A stretch of 64,000 nucleotides of DNA from Phoronis australis (GCA_002633005.1 NMRA01000114.1:589237-653236); one strand, 5' to 3'. Positions 23,301 to 36,269 are shown, counted from the first letter of the stretch. Translations and numbers: made by a program. Notes: a model not told the origin generated them from the letters alone.

Positions 23301-26300
23301 ATGTCTCAAAAAAGTTGACAAACTAGCAGTTTACATTGTGTTTTATTGTTTGCTAAAGAAGTAAAAATTTATTGTGGCCAAGTTGGATGTTTGAAGACAA
23401 GTATCACCAATTTAGGACTCAATATGACCTACAAGACAGTGAAATTGTCTTTTTATTTTTTCATAAAAAGATAAATAGCATGGAATGAATTTTATATCAT
23501 TTTTAAGATCTGATCTATGCCATAACTAACATAACGGGGCAATGAGTCTGGACATTTGGAATAATGTTAGCTTTTGAAATATGAAAAAAGGACAAATTTG
23601 GCAATTATTTTTGTCCAAAAGTGGTGAGGTGTTACCATATTAACTATATTATTGAGTGAAATGTACTTTGAATGTGAATGTTATAGTTAGCGACTTGTGT
23701 ATTGGAGAACCAGGAAGCAATTTGTGACCTACATTACTGAGTCAGCTAACAATATTGATTTGAAAAAATTTCATGTGGACAATAATATCTTAACAAATCT
23801 ATTTCTTGTCATTTAAGAAAGTATGTGTGATAAGTATCGCGTATGTTGTGGAGTTCTCATAAGGTTGATGTGATCACAGACTGTGATATTTTTGAGACTG
23901 TTTTATATTCAAAACTACATCATTTTGTTTTTCTATTGATGTATTTTATTAAAATTGGAACTATTGCTCTGTTTCATTATTTTTCTGAGGTTCGTTGCAC
24001 GCTTTATCTTGTTATAAATGTGTTACTCCCGTGATTTTACTTGTTTCTGTGTTTGAGATTACAATACACATTTATAGCACATATCTTGTTGTGTATTAAT
24101 GTCAGTATCGTAAACACAAAGTGAAAATCTTTAACAAATGTTTGACATGTGTCAGAAAAAACAACTGCATCAGTTTCCCGTAATATCTCCATGATAGCAA
24201 GTAGTAGCATATATTAAAGAAAACAACAATGGTTTTAAGTCGACTTGACATGTTTCGGTGTCATTTATTCAAACACCATCATCAGAAGAGAGAATACAGT
24301 GGCCACCTAGCTAGGCCCAGCAACAAGTGATGAAGCACAGATACAGTCAGTTACAGGGAGTGACAATAAACTAGACCAACAATGACAACCTGTTATGTGT
24401 TTAAATTTTATACCTTTGTTCTTTTATTTTTTCCTAACTTAAAATAATCCATCTTGTCACATGTCTTCAAGTCTATATTTACTTGCCATCACTCCTATTT
24501 GAACTTTTTGCTAAAATAAAAGAAACCCAAAGGCATGGGAAAGGTAGAGCTCATTGTCCAATATACAAAAAATCCAAAAAATGGATATAGTTCTTGAGCT
24601 CGCACTGGTGCATGGTGATATCAAGTCCCAGAATGAAGATCAGTATTTATGCGTTTGAGAGAAACCAAACCCTCCACTTAAATATTTGAATCCAATTGAT
24701 CACATGAGAAAATGATTACATGCTGTCAGCTTTCACCAAACTCTATGCTGATTAAGTAATGTAGCACATGACAAGAGCACTTTGTTCTTATATTGTAAAC
24801 ATTAGAATAAAACAATACTTTTTGCAGTGAATCCTTAACAGGAAATATCATCCTCACCACCTAGTTGGAGATATCATCCTCACCTAAAGTGCCTTGCCTG
24901 TTCTACATGTATGATGCTGGACCACAACTCCAACAATTATGACAAGTTGGTGGTAGCCCGGGTCATGTTCAGAGGGGAACCTAGACTTAAATCTGTGTAT
25001 TTTAAAAACCAGGTTACTCAACAGCACGAAACATGTTTCAAACTTTTCCATACTATGGAAGAAAATGATATGCGGCTCCTAACAGACCATTTGGGCATTG
25101 TCAAGTGAAAAAGACTTTCAAAGGGTTTATCCACCATCCAAGTCAGGTTAGGGCTGGTACACATGTGCCCTTAAGCAATCCATGATGCAAATTAATATGT
25201 AATGCATGTTTACATATTCAATAAATAGTAAAAAACTGTAAATTGTACCTTATTTTGTCTGGAATTACCAGAGATTGGAGACTTTAAGAATAGTTTGTTT
25301 TTATTTTACAGATTATGGGTCATATGGATGTTATTTCATTTATATCAGATGGATTCAACATCTATTTTCCCATTGCCATAGTGTTACTGTGTATCGCCAC
25401 ACTTTTCCACCTGGGCAGTAGGTGTCTCCACTGTCTGGGTTTCCAACAGTTTATCGGTGACGATGACATGACTCAAGAGTTGATTGACGAGGGTAGAGAG
25501 CTGATCAAAAGAGGTCAGTGTCTGTTGTATCTCATCACATAAAGAGCTTACCAAGTGACATTTTGTGCGAAGTGATTTCATTGCGATTATCCAACTGGAT
25601 GGATTACCCATGAGCCTTCATGTCAACTCATGGAATCCAGCTATGTTTGTCATATCACGTGAGTTATAGCTTGGCTTCAAAATATCTGTCATAGTTAGCA
25701 GACAGTCCTGGGTTCACGCCCCGGTCAGGACAGAGATCTTTTCAGACTTAATTATAGGTCACGTGATATGATCTACATACGGCATGTTAGACGAGTGGTA
25801 ACTATCATTTACATAAACATTTGCTTCGCCGTTTCATACCGTGATGTTTTGGTTATTAAGACCACATTTAATTCTTTGCCATTGTGCTTGTATGTAAATG
25901 TATGCTATACAACCAGCCTTCATCTTCACAGAGAGGCGGAGAATTGAAAGACGGGATGCCGCTACTGAGCGAAAGAAAGTATGGGATGATAAATTTGGTT
26001 ACCTACGCAGCGCCAACACTGACACTAGTGATAGCGAACGAGAACGTAGACCTAAAAAAAGTAAGGGAGGAACAACTAAGTTTAAACAGTACGGTAAAAA
26101 TTCTCCAGTTTTGGACAGTCTAAAATTTGGGACTTGGAAATTCAAGCAAAAATTAATTTTCTTGATTATTAAGTTTGGGGCACGATTTTGGTGTTCGTCA
26201 TATTTCTCAAATTTCAGTCCATATTGTGTTCACATCTAGACGAATGAATGTTTTTCATCGACTGTACTTTTTGAATTTAGGATGCCCAAAATAATTACTA

Positions 26301-27466
26301 TTTTTAAAATTTGGCACAAGTTCTGACCCTGAGCAAAATAATTAATTTTCCTGTCCCAAACTGGAGAATTGTTGCTGTAGTAATAAAAAGAATGACAATT
26401 CTTTCATAGTGCCTTATCAGAAGCAACATTTTTATTTAGCAGACTATTTTGTTGAATTTGTTACCTTTTAGATTATGATACATACACAGAGACTATGCAA
26501 GACCTAATGGAACCGGGTTACTTGGTGGAACTTTTTTGAAATTTGGAAGATATGTTCTTCTTAAGCAAAGGATGCTGCCTGTTCATTATAGACAGATCTG
26601 ATGTGTTACGCGTCCGTTTAATTTGTAATACTTTCGTATTCATTTGTTGGGTTCTGCCTCTTTATCTGCCAAATCCTTCAAAAGTTTTTTCATTTTTGGC
26701 GAGTGCTCCTTTTGAGGAAAGCATTTATGAACAAATCGATTTTCAAGCACATTCGTTTAATGCTGTTTCCCAAGTAGCAATTTTTTATTTTCTCTTAGCT
26801 CTCCTTCCTTGATACTTCTGTTGTAAAGTCAGCGTGTATTTTCCTGCCAAGGATCTAAAGACTCACATTTTCAGTGGCTTTTTTGTCTGTCATCTTGACA
26901 TTAGTACTTGCTTGTCATATAGTTAGCATTTACACTTTTAGTCAAACTTTAATGTTTTGTTTTTGTGTATTTGATGTAATGCTAGTTGGACATACTAGCT
27001 ATGTCGTTGTCAGATTACAATTTACAATCTGTTGAAGAATACTGTTTGTAGTCCCAAGATTTTGTTCACAAACTTAATTTTGATAAACTCAACAAGACAG
27101 CATTGAAATGTCCCTTTCATTATTTTTGAATAATACACACTCTTTGAAATATTTTCCGCCCTGGAACAGGGCATTGGCATCATTTCATACATATTCATTT
27201 TTATTTTTCTAGTACCAAGGGGTCTCAAGCCTTCCAGGTATGGCGAATCAGATCGTTCTGAGCTTCTAGCTAGTGCTGATCCCATCGACTTCACAGGCAA
27301 CGAGTCCATCGAAGACCTGCAGAATGGTCTGACCCAAGACTACAACAGCATCCAAGACAACTTAAGTCGACCAACAGACTATCGTGGTACAAGGGAGGAC
27401 AGTAGGCCGGGGAGATTCTCCATAAATAGACCCAGTGCCAAAAAAGGGATCTTTGACGATGTCTGA
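8336..27466 (+). CDS. LMBRD2: LMBR1 domain-containing protein 2 (GPCR-associated membrane protein), 13 coding exons, 734 aa
   Basis: GT-AG exons with consistent phases: 8336-8509, 8765-9033, 10666-10833, 11171-11381, 12072-12146, 12564-12684, 13616-13783, 16042-16223, 16838-16971, 18969-19086, 25312-25513, 25932-26060, 27213-27466 (2205 nt). Hallmark peptides: [86 protein letters not shown]-terminal IFDDV. Confidence 0.96.
9533..9612. repeat. Perfect 40-bp tandem duplication
   Basis: acgttgggacttagttattctgactagtatacatgcatgc occurs twice (9533-9572, 9573-9612). Confidence 0.9.
10071..10201. repeat. Two diverged ~65-bp GC-rich tandem units
   Basis: ctggtccccc..cctctcggcatggatgacagacggatgaccgacccataac, then ctggtccccc..cctctcagcatggttgactgacgggtgactgacccataac. 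Confidence 0.8.
13212..13525 (+). mobile_element. Penelope-like retroelement 3' remnant: GIY-YIG endonuclease C-terminus followed by a decayed hammerhead
   Basis: Translation [52 protein letters not shown] fits the PLE endonuclease tail pattern (H..H..F.IL..R.IREAI.I..P.LNRD.G..LP..Y..LL). Downstream is a stem GTCCAT-gagat-ATGGAC followed by GAAA (13496-13516). Confidence 0.75.
14219..14765. mobile_element. PIF/Harbinger (Tourist-like) MITE
   Basis: TIRs GGGCTGTTCCAGTAAAATCTGT / ACAGATTTTGCTGGAACAGCCC (1 mismatch in 22). TAA target duplication at 14216-14218 and 14766-14768. Internal ccaccc(g/a)taatttt subrepeats. Confidence 0.85.
16249..16551. mobile_element. Possible Kolobok-like TTAA MITE
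   Basis: TTAA|AGGCACGC ... GCGCATGGCT|TTAA. The inverted termini are imperfect. Confidence 0.4.
17212..17650 (+). pseudogene. Degenerate ISL2EU/Harbinger-type (DDE_Tnp_4-like) transposase fragment
   Basis: Across stops and frameshifts: MVAIAP-NG...VSEAF-GG-R...[75 protein letters not shown]...[12 protein letters not shown]. This matches the ADxGF ... RxxVERAI signature. Confidence 0.85.
20646..20653 (+). promoter_or_regulatory. TATA box of the nested C-type lectin gene
   Basis: TATAAATA about 70 bp upstream of the ATG at 20717. Confidence 0.6.
20717..22843 (+). CDS. Secreted C-type lectin domain protein (signal peptide, helical neck, CTLD), 2 exons, 221 aa, nested in an LMBRD2 intron
   Basis: Exon 1 20717-21269 (donor AG|GTGAGT), exon 2 22731-22843 (acceptor tttgtttcag), phases match. 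Motifs: CPPGF..SCY..W.AAQ.KC..GG.LVSIES..EQ.F..LWTGG..Y.NW..G.P...C...W...C..F..ICE. Confidence 0.92.
24182..24400 (-). mobile_element. Penelope-like pseudo-LTR / retrozyme-like repeat, copy A
   Basis: About 215 bp colinear with 40570-40790. Contains the hammerhead motif listed next. Confidence 0.75.
24244..24288 (-). ncRNA. Minimal type I hammerhead ribozyme
   Basis: Minus strand reads CUU-CUGAUGA-U-GGUGU(uugaauaaaug)ACACC-GAAA-CAUG-UC^AAG: intact core, 5-bp stem II, stem III reduced to one pair plus a palindromic CAUG loop, 3-bp stem I (CUU/AAG). Confidence 0.8.
25692..25748 (+). mobile_element. Possible tRNA-derived SINE fragment
   Basis: gcagacagtcctgGGTTCACGCCccggt resembles a T-arm/B box. 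A complementary A-box-like piece (gtagctcagtgtagcactgtctggc) lies at about 12192-12223. Confidence 0.35.
26090..26379. mobile_element. ~290-330 bp MITE family (termini TACGGTAAAAATTCTCYAGTTT), copy 1
   Basis: Left tacggtaaaaattctccagttttggaca, right tgtcccaaactggagaattgttgctgta. Related copies at about 27790-28087, 50807-51133 and 51134-51510. Confidence 0.75.
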
Positions 27467-27789
27467 TGCAGGAAATGTGGCTCAAGCCCACGAGAGATTC
27501 TCATAAATTGGCCGAAGGCATAGAAAGGATCTTTGGTTATGTTTGGCTCTGAGAACTTTAGTATACAGTATCCAGCCAGCCGTATAGTTGTTAAGGGAAT
27601 GTTTTCTCTTGGTTTCAATCGAGACATGAAAATCATGGGCTGAAGGCTGATTAAGGGTAATTTAGGAACTGGTTCTCAAGGTTTCAGTGTCACAAATCGT
27701 CGCAACCAATCGTAAAAAGTGAGAGATCGTCTGCTATTGTCAGGATGTTGCTCAAATTAGAGAGGTGTTGTCAATGCTGTCAATATTCT

Positions 27790-28087
27790 GGTAAAAAATT
27801 CTCCAATTTTGGACGGTGAGAAATTAATTACTTTTCTCAAGGCTGCAGGTTCCACCAGATTTTGTAAATGTGCAATACTGGCTGTCCCAAATTGAAGAAT
27901 CAGTCAAAAATACGGAAAATTAAATGCAAAGTCTACTTTTTCAGACTCTATTGACACAAAACGCTTTATCCTAAATTTGAGAAACATTATGAATGCCAAA
28001 ATTGTTCATGTTTCAATTTTCAGAATCAAGAAAATTCAGTTTCTTCTGGAATATGGTGTCCCAGATTTATGAGAGAATGTTGACCGC
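27790..28087. mobile_element. Same MITE family, diverged copy in the probable LMBRD2 3' UTR
   Basis: ggtaaaaaattctccaattttggac ... tgtccca..gagaatgttgaccg. The internal ttcagaatcaagaaaattca is the reverse complement of the motif in the 50.8-kb copy. Confidence 0.6.
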
Positions 28088-31000
28088 AAGGGCATGTTTC
28101 GCAATCTTGTTCGTTACGATAGCGTGGCTCATTGGGAGTATGCAGACGGGTGTCTGAACATGACTATTTTGAGTGACAAAACACAAGCAAAGTCTTGTAG
28201 GACAATCACTGTGTATGGATAGAGGTCTAGAAGTTGTATTCAAACTGATACAAAATCGTTAAGGTTATGTAAGACCCTATCAACAAGTCTTTGGATTTAA
28301 CCAAATTTTACAAACTTATAGATGTTAACTCAGTGAAAGTTAACATATTGTGTAAGCGGAATACTTGCAGAATCTGATTTTTAACTTTAAAACGAATTTC
28401 CTGAAAATTGGTTACGTGACCATGCCTTTTCTATGACATGTAGCAAAACAATGGCAACAATAACGTAACTTATTTGGTTTTAAACGTTCAAGATGAAGCC
28501 GCAAAAGGACTGTTAGAGTTTTCTACATTAATATGTTGTTTTTGTTTTATTTAAATATTGACTTTGTCACAAAAACAAAAAGGTTCATTTTCGGAAAATT
28601 CCTTCTCAAAAGCGGAACATTTCAAAAACAACTTTTTACAGCATTTTACGAGGGTCTTGCATAACCTTGATGAAAAATTGGAGTTTGCAAACGAGGCTTA
28701 ATAGGAGTCTAAAGCATTGCATCTTTTTCACGAGTGCGCTTAAAAATGGGGAAAAATTCTGTTTTTAGGACACTGTGGCAGCCAAGAGGAACTTTATTTT
28801 GTGGAATTTTTCAAAACATGTACTTTTCAAGAATAATTAAGTTTGTTCTTAGCATGGTTTTGTTTGGTATTGCTGTCACCATACAACTGGTAAAATTTAG
28901 AACATTTGCATTGATGCTGTAAACATCTGAAAAATAGAGAGGTAGCTACTTTTTAGCAGTTATTTTGTCCCAAATTGGAAGTATCATTACTGATTGGTGC
29001 ATGACAAGAAATTTCTTGTTTGCGTTCTATAGTTGTAGCTGTATGCTTCCTACGGGTTAGAAGTGAAACCATTGTAGGTTATTGATCATAGCCTGGTCAA
29101 GACGTTTATTGTCACCTTTTGGACAATGGCTAACTGAAATCTGACCATGGGGTTTTATGTAGATAAGGTGGTAACAAGTACAATACATTATTGCATCTTG
29201 GGAAATCTCAAGTTGGCGAAAGATCAAGACAGATTCTTAAATTTTTATGGAGAACTACTCCATCCAGGTTAGAAACGGACCATTTCACAGTGATGCAATT
29301 TATCGAGTCAAAAATAATTTGTCGGAATGGAACTCTCCGGTTTTAGATTTGATATAATAAACCGCATCGTTGTCATCTTATCTGAAGAAATTGTCCCCAT
29401 TTTTGACCAGTACGGAGTAGTGAGACGGGATGTCCAAATATAATCGTCGTGTTACCAGAAGGGGGCTCTGTATAACATTGAGCATATGCATGTTCGTCAC
29501 TTTATTGGTGCTATACATTGAGTAGAGAGGGTAACGGAGTAAGCTATGGTTATTCATGAATGATGCCTGTTTTCCAATTGCATCAACTGCTATTAAATTG
29601 AAGCGAATAAGAGCCAGGCATTAGGCAATGGTACATGATCAATGTTATCTCAAATAACAAAATTCCAGTTGAAAATGGTGGCCAGCTAAATATTCTAAGT
29701 ATTGTTTGTCCATTAACTTGCCACGGTACTTCTACCAATTTGTGTTGGCTGTGATAAGATCATTTGGAAATTTAAATCTGACTTGGTATTTACCAGTACT
29801 TGCCAATGGGTTTTCTGTCACTGAAAAATACCCTTGGAACATTTGCCTGACTTGATCTGGAATGGAAAAATTAAATCACAATTCTCTTAAGCTGTGGCTT
29901 CATAAAAGTAAGAAGAAAAACGTGTCTGATACAGCCGCAAGTTCAGAAAGCTATTTGTCTTCAGAATATATTTTGAAATTTTTCATTTTCTTGAATTTGA
30001 TTTAGGGGCCATTCAAGTTGTTTGTTACTTTTTTATGTTTATTATGGGAAATGTCATTATAATTTAATGGAGTTAAGCCCAGAAAGTGCAAAAAATTATT
30101 TTGGTTGCTTTTGAGACTAGATTCAATATGAGGTGGATTTATTCTAATTAGCATTGCTGGCTTGACTCAACTCTGTGGGTGTTAAAAGGGGACAAATTTA
30201 TTTACATTCCTGATTGGTACTTGTATTTTTAGGGTAAGCGGTGTTTTGTTTTTGATTTTCTGTATGATCTGTGTTGTTTAATATTGGTGTGCAATTATTA
30301 TTTATGATCTTTTTCTGTTTTGTGTATAGTTACAACCATGACAAACTGACAGGACATCCTTCTTAGCAGTCACAGTAGAAGCAGTCTGTGTATGTAGGAA
30401 GTGCTTTTGGACTTTGACTTTTAGATTCCGTCTTAAATGCTGTGACTAGCTTATGAAGTCTTAAAATTGTGCTATAAACCAGTTTTCTACCTTTTGAGTT
30501 GGACAAATTAGTGTGAGTTTTCAAATTCTGTGGAAGCAGCTCGTTCCTTACAGAGCCTTAGAATTGATTCATTGTGGCTTGAAGATGTGGGTGGTGCTTA
30601 AAATTATCCCTTGGGTCAAGGCCACTTACTAAAGACAGGTCACCACATGCCCAGTGTCACTGGTATTGGGAGTGAAAACAAATTGTGACCAGTTTTGTCA
30701 TGATAAGTGCTCGAAATCACTAACACTGTGACACATGTAGCAAGTTTGTAACAGCTTTGAAGATGTATTTTCATGCTCCTAAACTATGCTAATGTATAGC
30801 AGGAACTAAACAGTAATGCTATTTGAGTATCATCTACGCTAAATTGACAACTTGTAAATGTGCAAACAAAAAATTCTGTAAATAGGTGACCTTTGCACTA
30901 ATGACGTAGCTACTTTGGGGGCTCGCATAGCCCTCATTGTGTAGTGTTATTCACCATGTCATGATTCTTACTGGACACGGTTGAGTGATCTACCGCTGAT

Positions 31001-32756
31001 GATTTTCGACACAAAAGTCCTTCTTAAAAGCATTTGGCAATTTTGAACTTCATATTCACATCGTCGCTGTATGTTCTGTTTCTAACTAATTTGACCAAGC
31101 AATCACAGAGATAAAGAATTAGCGTGCAAATTCCACTTTAAAGCTTCGGCATGTCAGTAACAGTTCAGGGGATTCTAGTGGGCCGATTTAGCAACGTGTC
31201 AAACGTGAGGAAATATGCTTTGCTCAATGAAATTTACAGTAGGACGTAAGGGGCAGATTGTTTGTACTGCTCTGTTGAGTCTTAGCCCACCATAGACATC
31301 ATGTCTATGTAGCCCGTGTTTGAGGCACGTGGGCTGAGAAATCGAAACTAAATGTGCAGCATACATAAAAATAATTGGGCAAGGTGACCCGAATTTATCT
31401 TTCCTGCTCACTATGACCACAAGCGGAATTCTTTCTGAAGTGCACTGTTGTCGGATTATTTTTCGTGAATATTGTACAGTGGGGAGACGTAGTTTGACAT
31501 CAGGGCAGCCGGGTGTGCATCGTTTTCACAGACTGTCCAGGTTTAGTTAATAAATCTGTTTATATATAATGTATTTTGTTTTCTACTTATTGGCTGATCT
31601 TTGTGTGCTACTCTATTTAATCATGTGGTCGTTAAATGTGCAATTACCTTTCATTGGGTTGAATGGTGAGAAATTTGATTAAAATTGGATGCCAAAACAT
31701 TGCGTTTTAGTTCCGTTACGCGAAACCAGTGTTTAGCTCTGGGCCAGTAAAAAGCGGCTAACAACCCACCATCTACTCACACAAAAAAATTGTTTCAGAA
31801 ACACTTGACAAATTGTCCCGTAGTGAAATTGGAGGTGTTTTCAGGGCTGCAAAAGAAACGGGTTAGTTATTGCTTGTGTAAGAAGACTTTACAAATTGTC
31901 TTGTGGCGTGTCATTTTCGTACGCCATCTCGACTAATAATGAACTGCAGTTCTTTGTAAAGTGAAAAATCGCTTCTGGCCCAAATAAGGAACAAGTTAAA
32001 ACCATAACCAAGGTCTTTTTTGCAGTTGGGCGAGTCTGAGTAGCTAGCGACATTAGCTTATATAGTGAAGTTGGGTTGGGGTATTGGGACATTCTAAGAT
32101 GAAACGAATTCGAAATTGCTTAGTCGCAGTAGTATTCCTATGTAATATGTAGGATTACCTATTTACACTTGCGCTTCAATTCCAAGTTCGCCCACTGACG
32201 GCGGTGTGCAGATCTGATCGCACGAGTTCAGTAGCCAGGTCTGATATAAGGTCGATCATATGAAACAACCAGTAAACACCTTGGTATACATTTAAATTGT
32301 TGAACCAGGGTTTGGCGAAACAGACGGTTGAAATCCAACTTGAATTTTCTGTACATCGAAACTAGTCATTATCTTCGGTCAAAGCGGTGTATCCTTGAAT
32401 TCTCTATCAGTATAGTGGAAAACTTACTCGATGTCTCGGAAAAGTTTAAAAAGTTTGCGATCACAAGTGAATGACCTCAACGAGATTGTGGAAAAAAATG
32501 AAAATCGTGAAAACGTGTGTATTCTGGTTTCGATTTATAACTACGCGGGTTAAAACCGGTACACTAAGCTGTTTTAATTGCCCAATTGAAAACTTACAAA
32601 AGAAAGAAATCAGAAGTTTTCAATGGAAATTTTGACTTTCACCCCGTTTTTTAACAAGAAAAATCAACTAGTCACTCGCGCTACTGAATTAGCCTCCTGA
32701 GGCGCGCAGTGCTTTGAGTAAACACGTCCACAGAATACTTAACTGTATAAATTTCC

Positions 32757-33250
32757 TCACGAGTAATGATTCACACTTAACCAGTTCTTCGTGTTTTGAG
32801 GAAGCGGCAAGCTTTGGAATCGGTGCGGACGAGTGGACTGTCGGATTTCAAAGCGACACAGATGTTGCAGAGAGCGAACTTGGGCGAATCTTGATATCGA
32901 TTTCGTCAAACGAGTGTTATTAATCTGGCCGTGAAATTCCAAATCTATAAAGCCCTCAGTTAAATCTGCAATTGACATTCTTCCTGGTTACCACTGCCGT
33001 CAAAGACTAAGCAGAACTCTCCGTAACGTAGTGCAACTCGCGATCGGAAGCATATCAGTTTATTACCCGATTTTATACAGACGGTCACAGCATCTCTCTT
33101 CTTGCTGCTATCTCGCACTAAGAATGTTCCGTCCTCCGAGTTAGCAAGTTCAGCTTTCGTTTCTTCTAATGACAGTGGCCCCAATACCAGCCACATTTTG
33201 ACAGTTAATTTCAACAGCTCGTTGGTTATAATACACCTGATCTCAGACAT
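32757..33250 (-). pseudogene. Frameshifted SOCS/CISH-like paralog (SH2 + SOCS box)
   Basis: SH2 part (GTFLVRDSS) is in ORF 33250-32960 and the SOCS box (VRSLQHLCRFEIR..LPLP..NW..NHYS) is in a different frame (32978-32757). SKCGWYWG is retained in the DNA but out of frame. Confidence 0.8.
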
Positions 33251-36200
33251 TGTTGCATCGACCTGGCTGATCGAGACCAGAAGCTCTCGTCACTTCCCCA
33301 GGCACTTTACGTTCTACCTTGTTCACAAGATACGTCTTTTTGTTCGAATAACAATTTTCCCATTCAATTGATTTTCAGTTTCAGTACAACAACACGAGCC
33401 ATACACTGAAACCTACAAAGAGAATCTTCATTGTTGAAAACAATGTCGCTTTTTACGAAAACCTATATTCCGCCCTGAAAATGTACTTCACAGAGTTCAC
33501 TCGATCACTGACTGTGGCATATGAGACGTCCCAGTCAGAAGTGGGTGTGATTGCCTGGGGGCTATGGGACGTCTCAGTCAGATGTGAGTGAGACTTTTCA
33601 CTAACAGAAAACGCGGCAAACATTTGTCTGACAAACTTGTCCACGAATAAGTGCATTTCCGACAAAATTTCCCGACAAAAACGTTCATTTAGGGTATTTG
33701 AACCTCTACAGAAGGTCGTCTTTCCTGCATTACATAAATCTACAGAACCATTAATATATATTTTAAAACGTTTTTCCAAAAGACGTATGCATGGCACATT
33801 TTTAACTCAGTGTTTCAGGCTTAATGAGATAAAATTCGGTTGCACCAAAATACCATTCAGTTCAGTAGTGACGTCACAACAACATGTTTCTGGAGCAAGA
33901 CAAACCCTACAGATGGAGTGTGTCAAGCAAGAGCCCTATAAGTGAGTCCGCGCCTTTTCGAGTACACTAACCTAATTGGGTGGAAATGATCTTTTTGAGG
34001 GAAAAAATATTTCTCTAAGGTTTTGAATGGAAAAGTTTGAAAGGTATTTTGTGTGGCTGAGAAGCCTAGCGTTCGGAATCATGCCCTTTATGTCAACGGA
34101 AAGTTGGAGGGAAACGTCAACCAACAGTTTTTCATTTTATTGGTTTCATTTTCCGGCACAACTTTTATTCCGTTGGGGCATTGACGTGTAGCCCATAAGT
34201 TGGGTTAAGGTTACGTAGTCCCTTAAAAACTTTACGATACAAAACTTTTTGCACGTTTCTCTTGAAATGTTAGAAATTGCTTTTAAAATGTTCCACTTTC
34301 GTATGAGGGGTTATCAATTAGTAGGGCTTTTATGATTTTCATCAAAAATTGCATAAAACGAAAGCGAAATCATAATTTAGATAAATGTATCAGCGCTTTT
34401 GAGATTTCTCCCCGGACATTTACATTAAACGAAATTTGATCGTGTTATTGATGCGGTTGTTTTACTATCGATAAATTTTACTAAAAGACACGGTCACGTG
34501 ATCAAAGTAATGTCAGATTGGTGAGAAGTCAAAAACAGTTCTACAGGTTTTCAACTTTCAGGAAATTTATAGTTATACTTAGTTAAAATCTGGCTAAGTA
34601 CAGACATTTCGATAAGGTCCTGTATGACTTTAAAAAGTGGAACTTAATTGCAGACTAATTCCTTATTTTTGTGACTGCTTGGACAAATTAGTCAGAAACA
34701 TAACATATAACGACGATGTGAATTTGAAGTTGGTTGAAAGTTGCTAAATGTTTTTAAGAACGAGTTTTGTAGCGACAATGATTCGCAAATCACTGAACCG
34801 TGTCCAATAAGTATCGTGACATGGTGTTGGGGAATAACACTGCACGATGCGGGCTGTGAGAGTCTGCGAGGTATCGCATTTGTACAAAGGTCGTATATTT
34901 GCAGATTTTTTTGTGTTCACATTTAAAAAATGTCAATGAATACAACTGGAGGTTGTTTAGCGTAGATTATGTTAGTTTTCTACTCTCAGTGGCTACCTCT
35001 TTTGTCGTTAGAGAATGAGCGAAACCGGGCCCTTAGCTACTGCCCAGTTAGTCAAAGAATACTTCTTAATATAAATAATCCGCTTCTGGAATGTGTCAAA
35101 GGAATAATTTCCGTACATGGCACGCATATTTTTGAAAATATTAGACCTTGTTGTCCGTTTTTTCTTTGACGGTTTAAATAAACTTACCTTCAACACACAG
35201 TTTTCTTTTCGTTTAAGTTCCGATCCACGCGAAAACATTACAACGACAAAAACAAAAGGTATCGATCGTTATTTACTGGGCTCTGGTTTTCATAACGTGA
35301 CCGGCATCATCGTAATCGAAAAGTTATGTTGGAGACCGTTTTGACCAAATACGGGTGAAAGGCGAGTCCGTAAAGAAAAGGTTACGCTTTAAAATAGAAA
35401 ACCCAAAAATGTAGAAGGGGTCTTCAGCTGCGAATTAAAAGGGGGCCATTGCTCCCCTAAAATTCTCACAGATTCTATTTGGCAGTTCGGGGTGTGAATG
35501 TCTGATGCCGGGCTAAAATCCTGGCTAATACTTTGCCCTGCCTCCCCAACTCAAAATCCTGGATCCGCCACTGGTCTTAATTTTTTTTTTACATGTTACG
35601 AAAGTCTACTCTACAGCTTTATCGTTCTCTCAGGATACTAGTGCACGCCTGTTTCGCTGGGCCGGTGGTCCTGCGAAATTGGCGACGACCAGGGGCACAG
35701 GACATTGCAATAGCGAGGAGTGTGAAATTTGGGACAACGAAGGGTGAGGCAAAGGTTTACCAACGCCATTAGTTTGTCCCCCCATCGTTTATTTTTGTGC
35801 AAATCTGAAATGGTGACCATCTGAGAATTTGGGCTAACCCTTAAATCCTGAATCTGGTTTTAACGGTATACAGAAAATATTAAAATCATCAACGTCGCAC
35901 TTGGAATCAAATGGTTTCTCTACAGTGATAAAAGTTGTCGTTTTTGACACTTTAATTCCTTCAATTTCGTACCTTATGAAAGCTCAAAACTATCGGCCAG
36001 TTGAGCGAGCACGGAATGAATTTTCACACTAGAAAATAAAATTCACGCCGATCTTCAGCAAGAACCACTTGCGTTTTTAATTTTAAAAATCAATGGTCTA
36101 TTACTGTAATCACAACAAACTGAAATAGGGCGGCGGAAAGTCATTCACTTGCTGATTTGGCTTCTCTTTTCACTTTTGGGTCTCTGCGTCACAAACGCCG

Positions 36201-36269
36201 GTTAGACAAGATGACAGGCGTAGCAGTGTAAACGTGTTCACAAATATTTTTGTAACTGTAGAAATTTCT

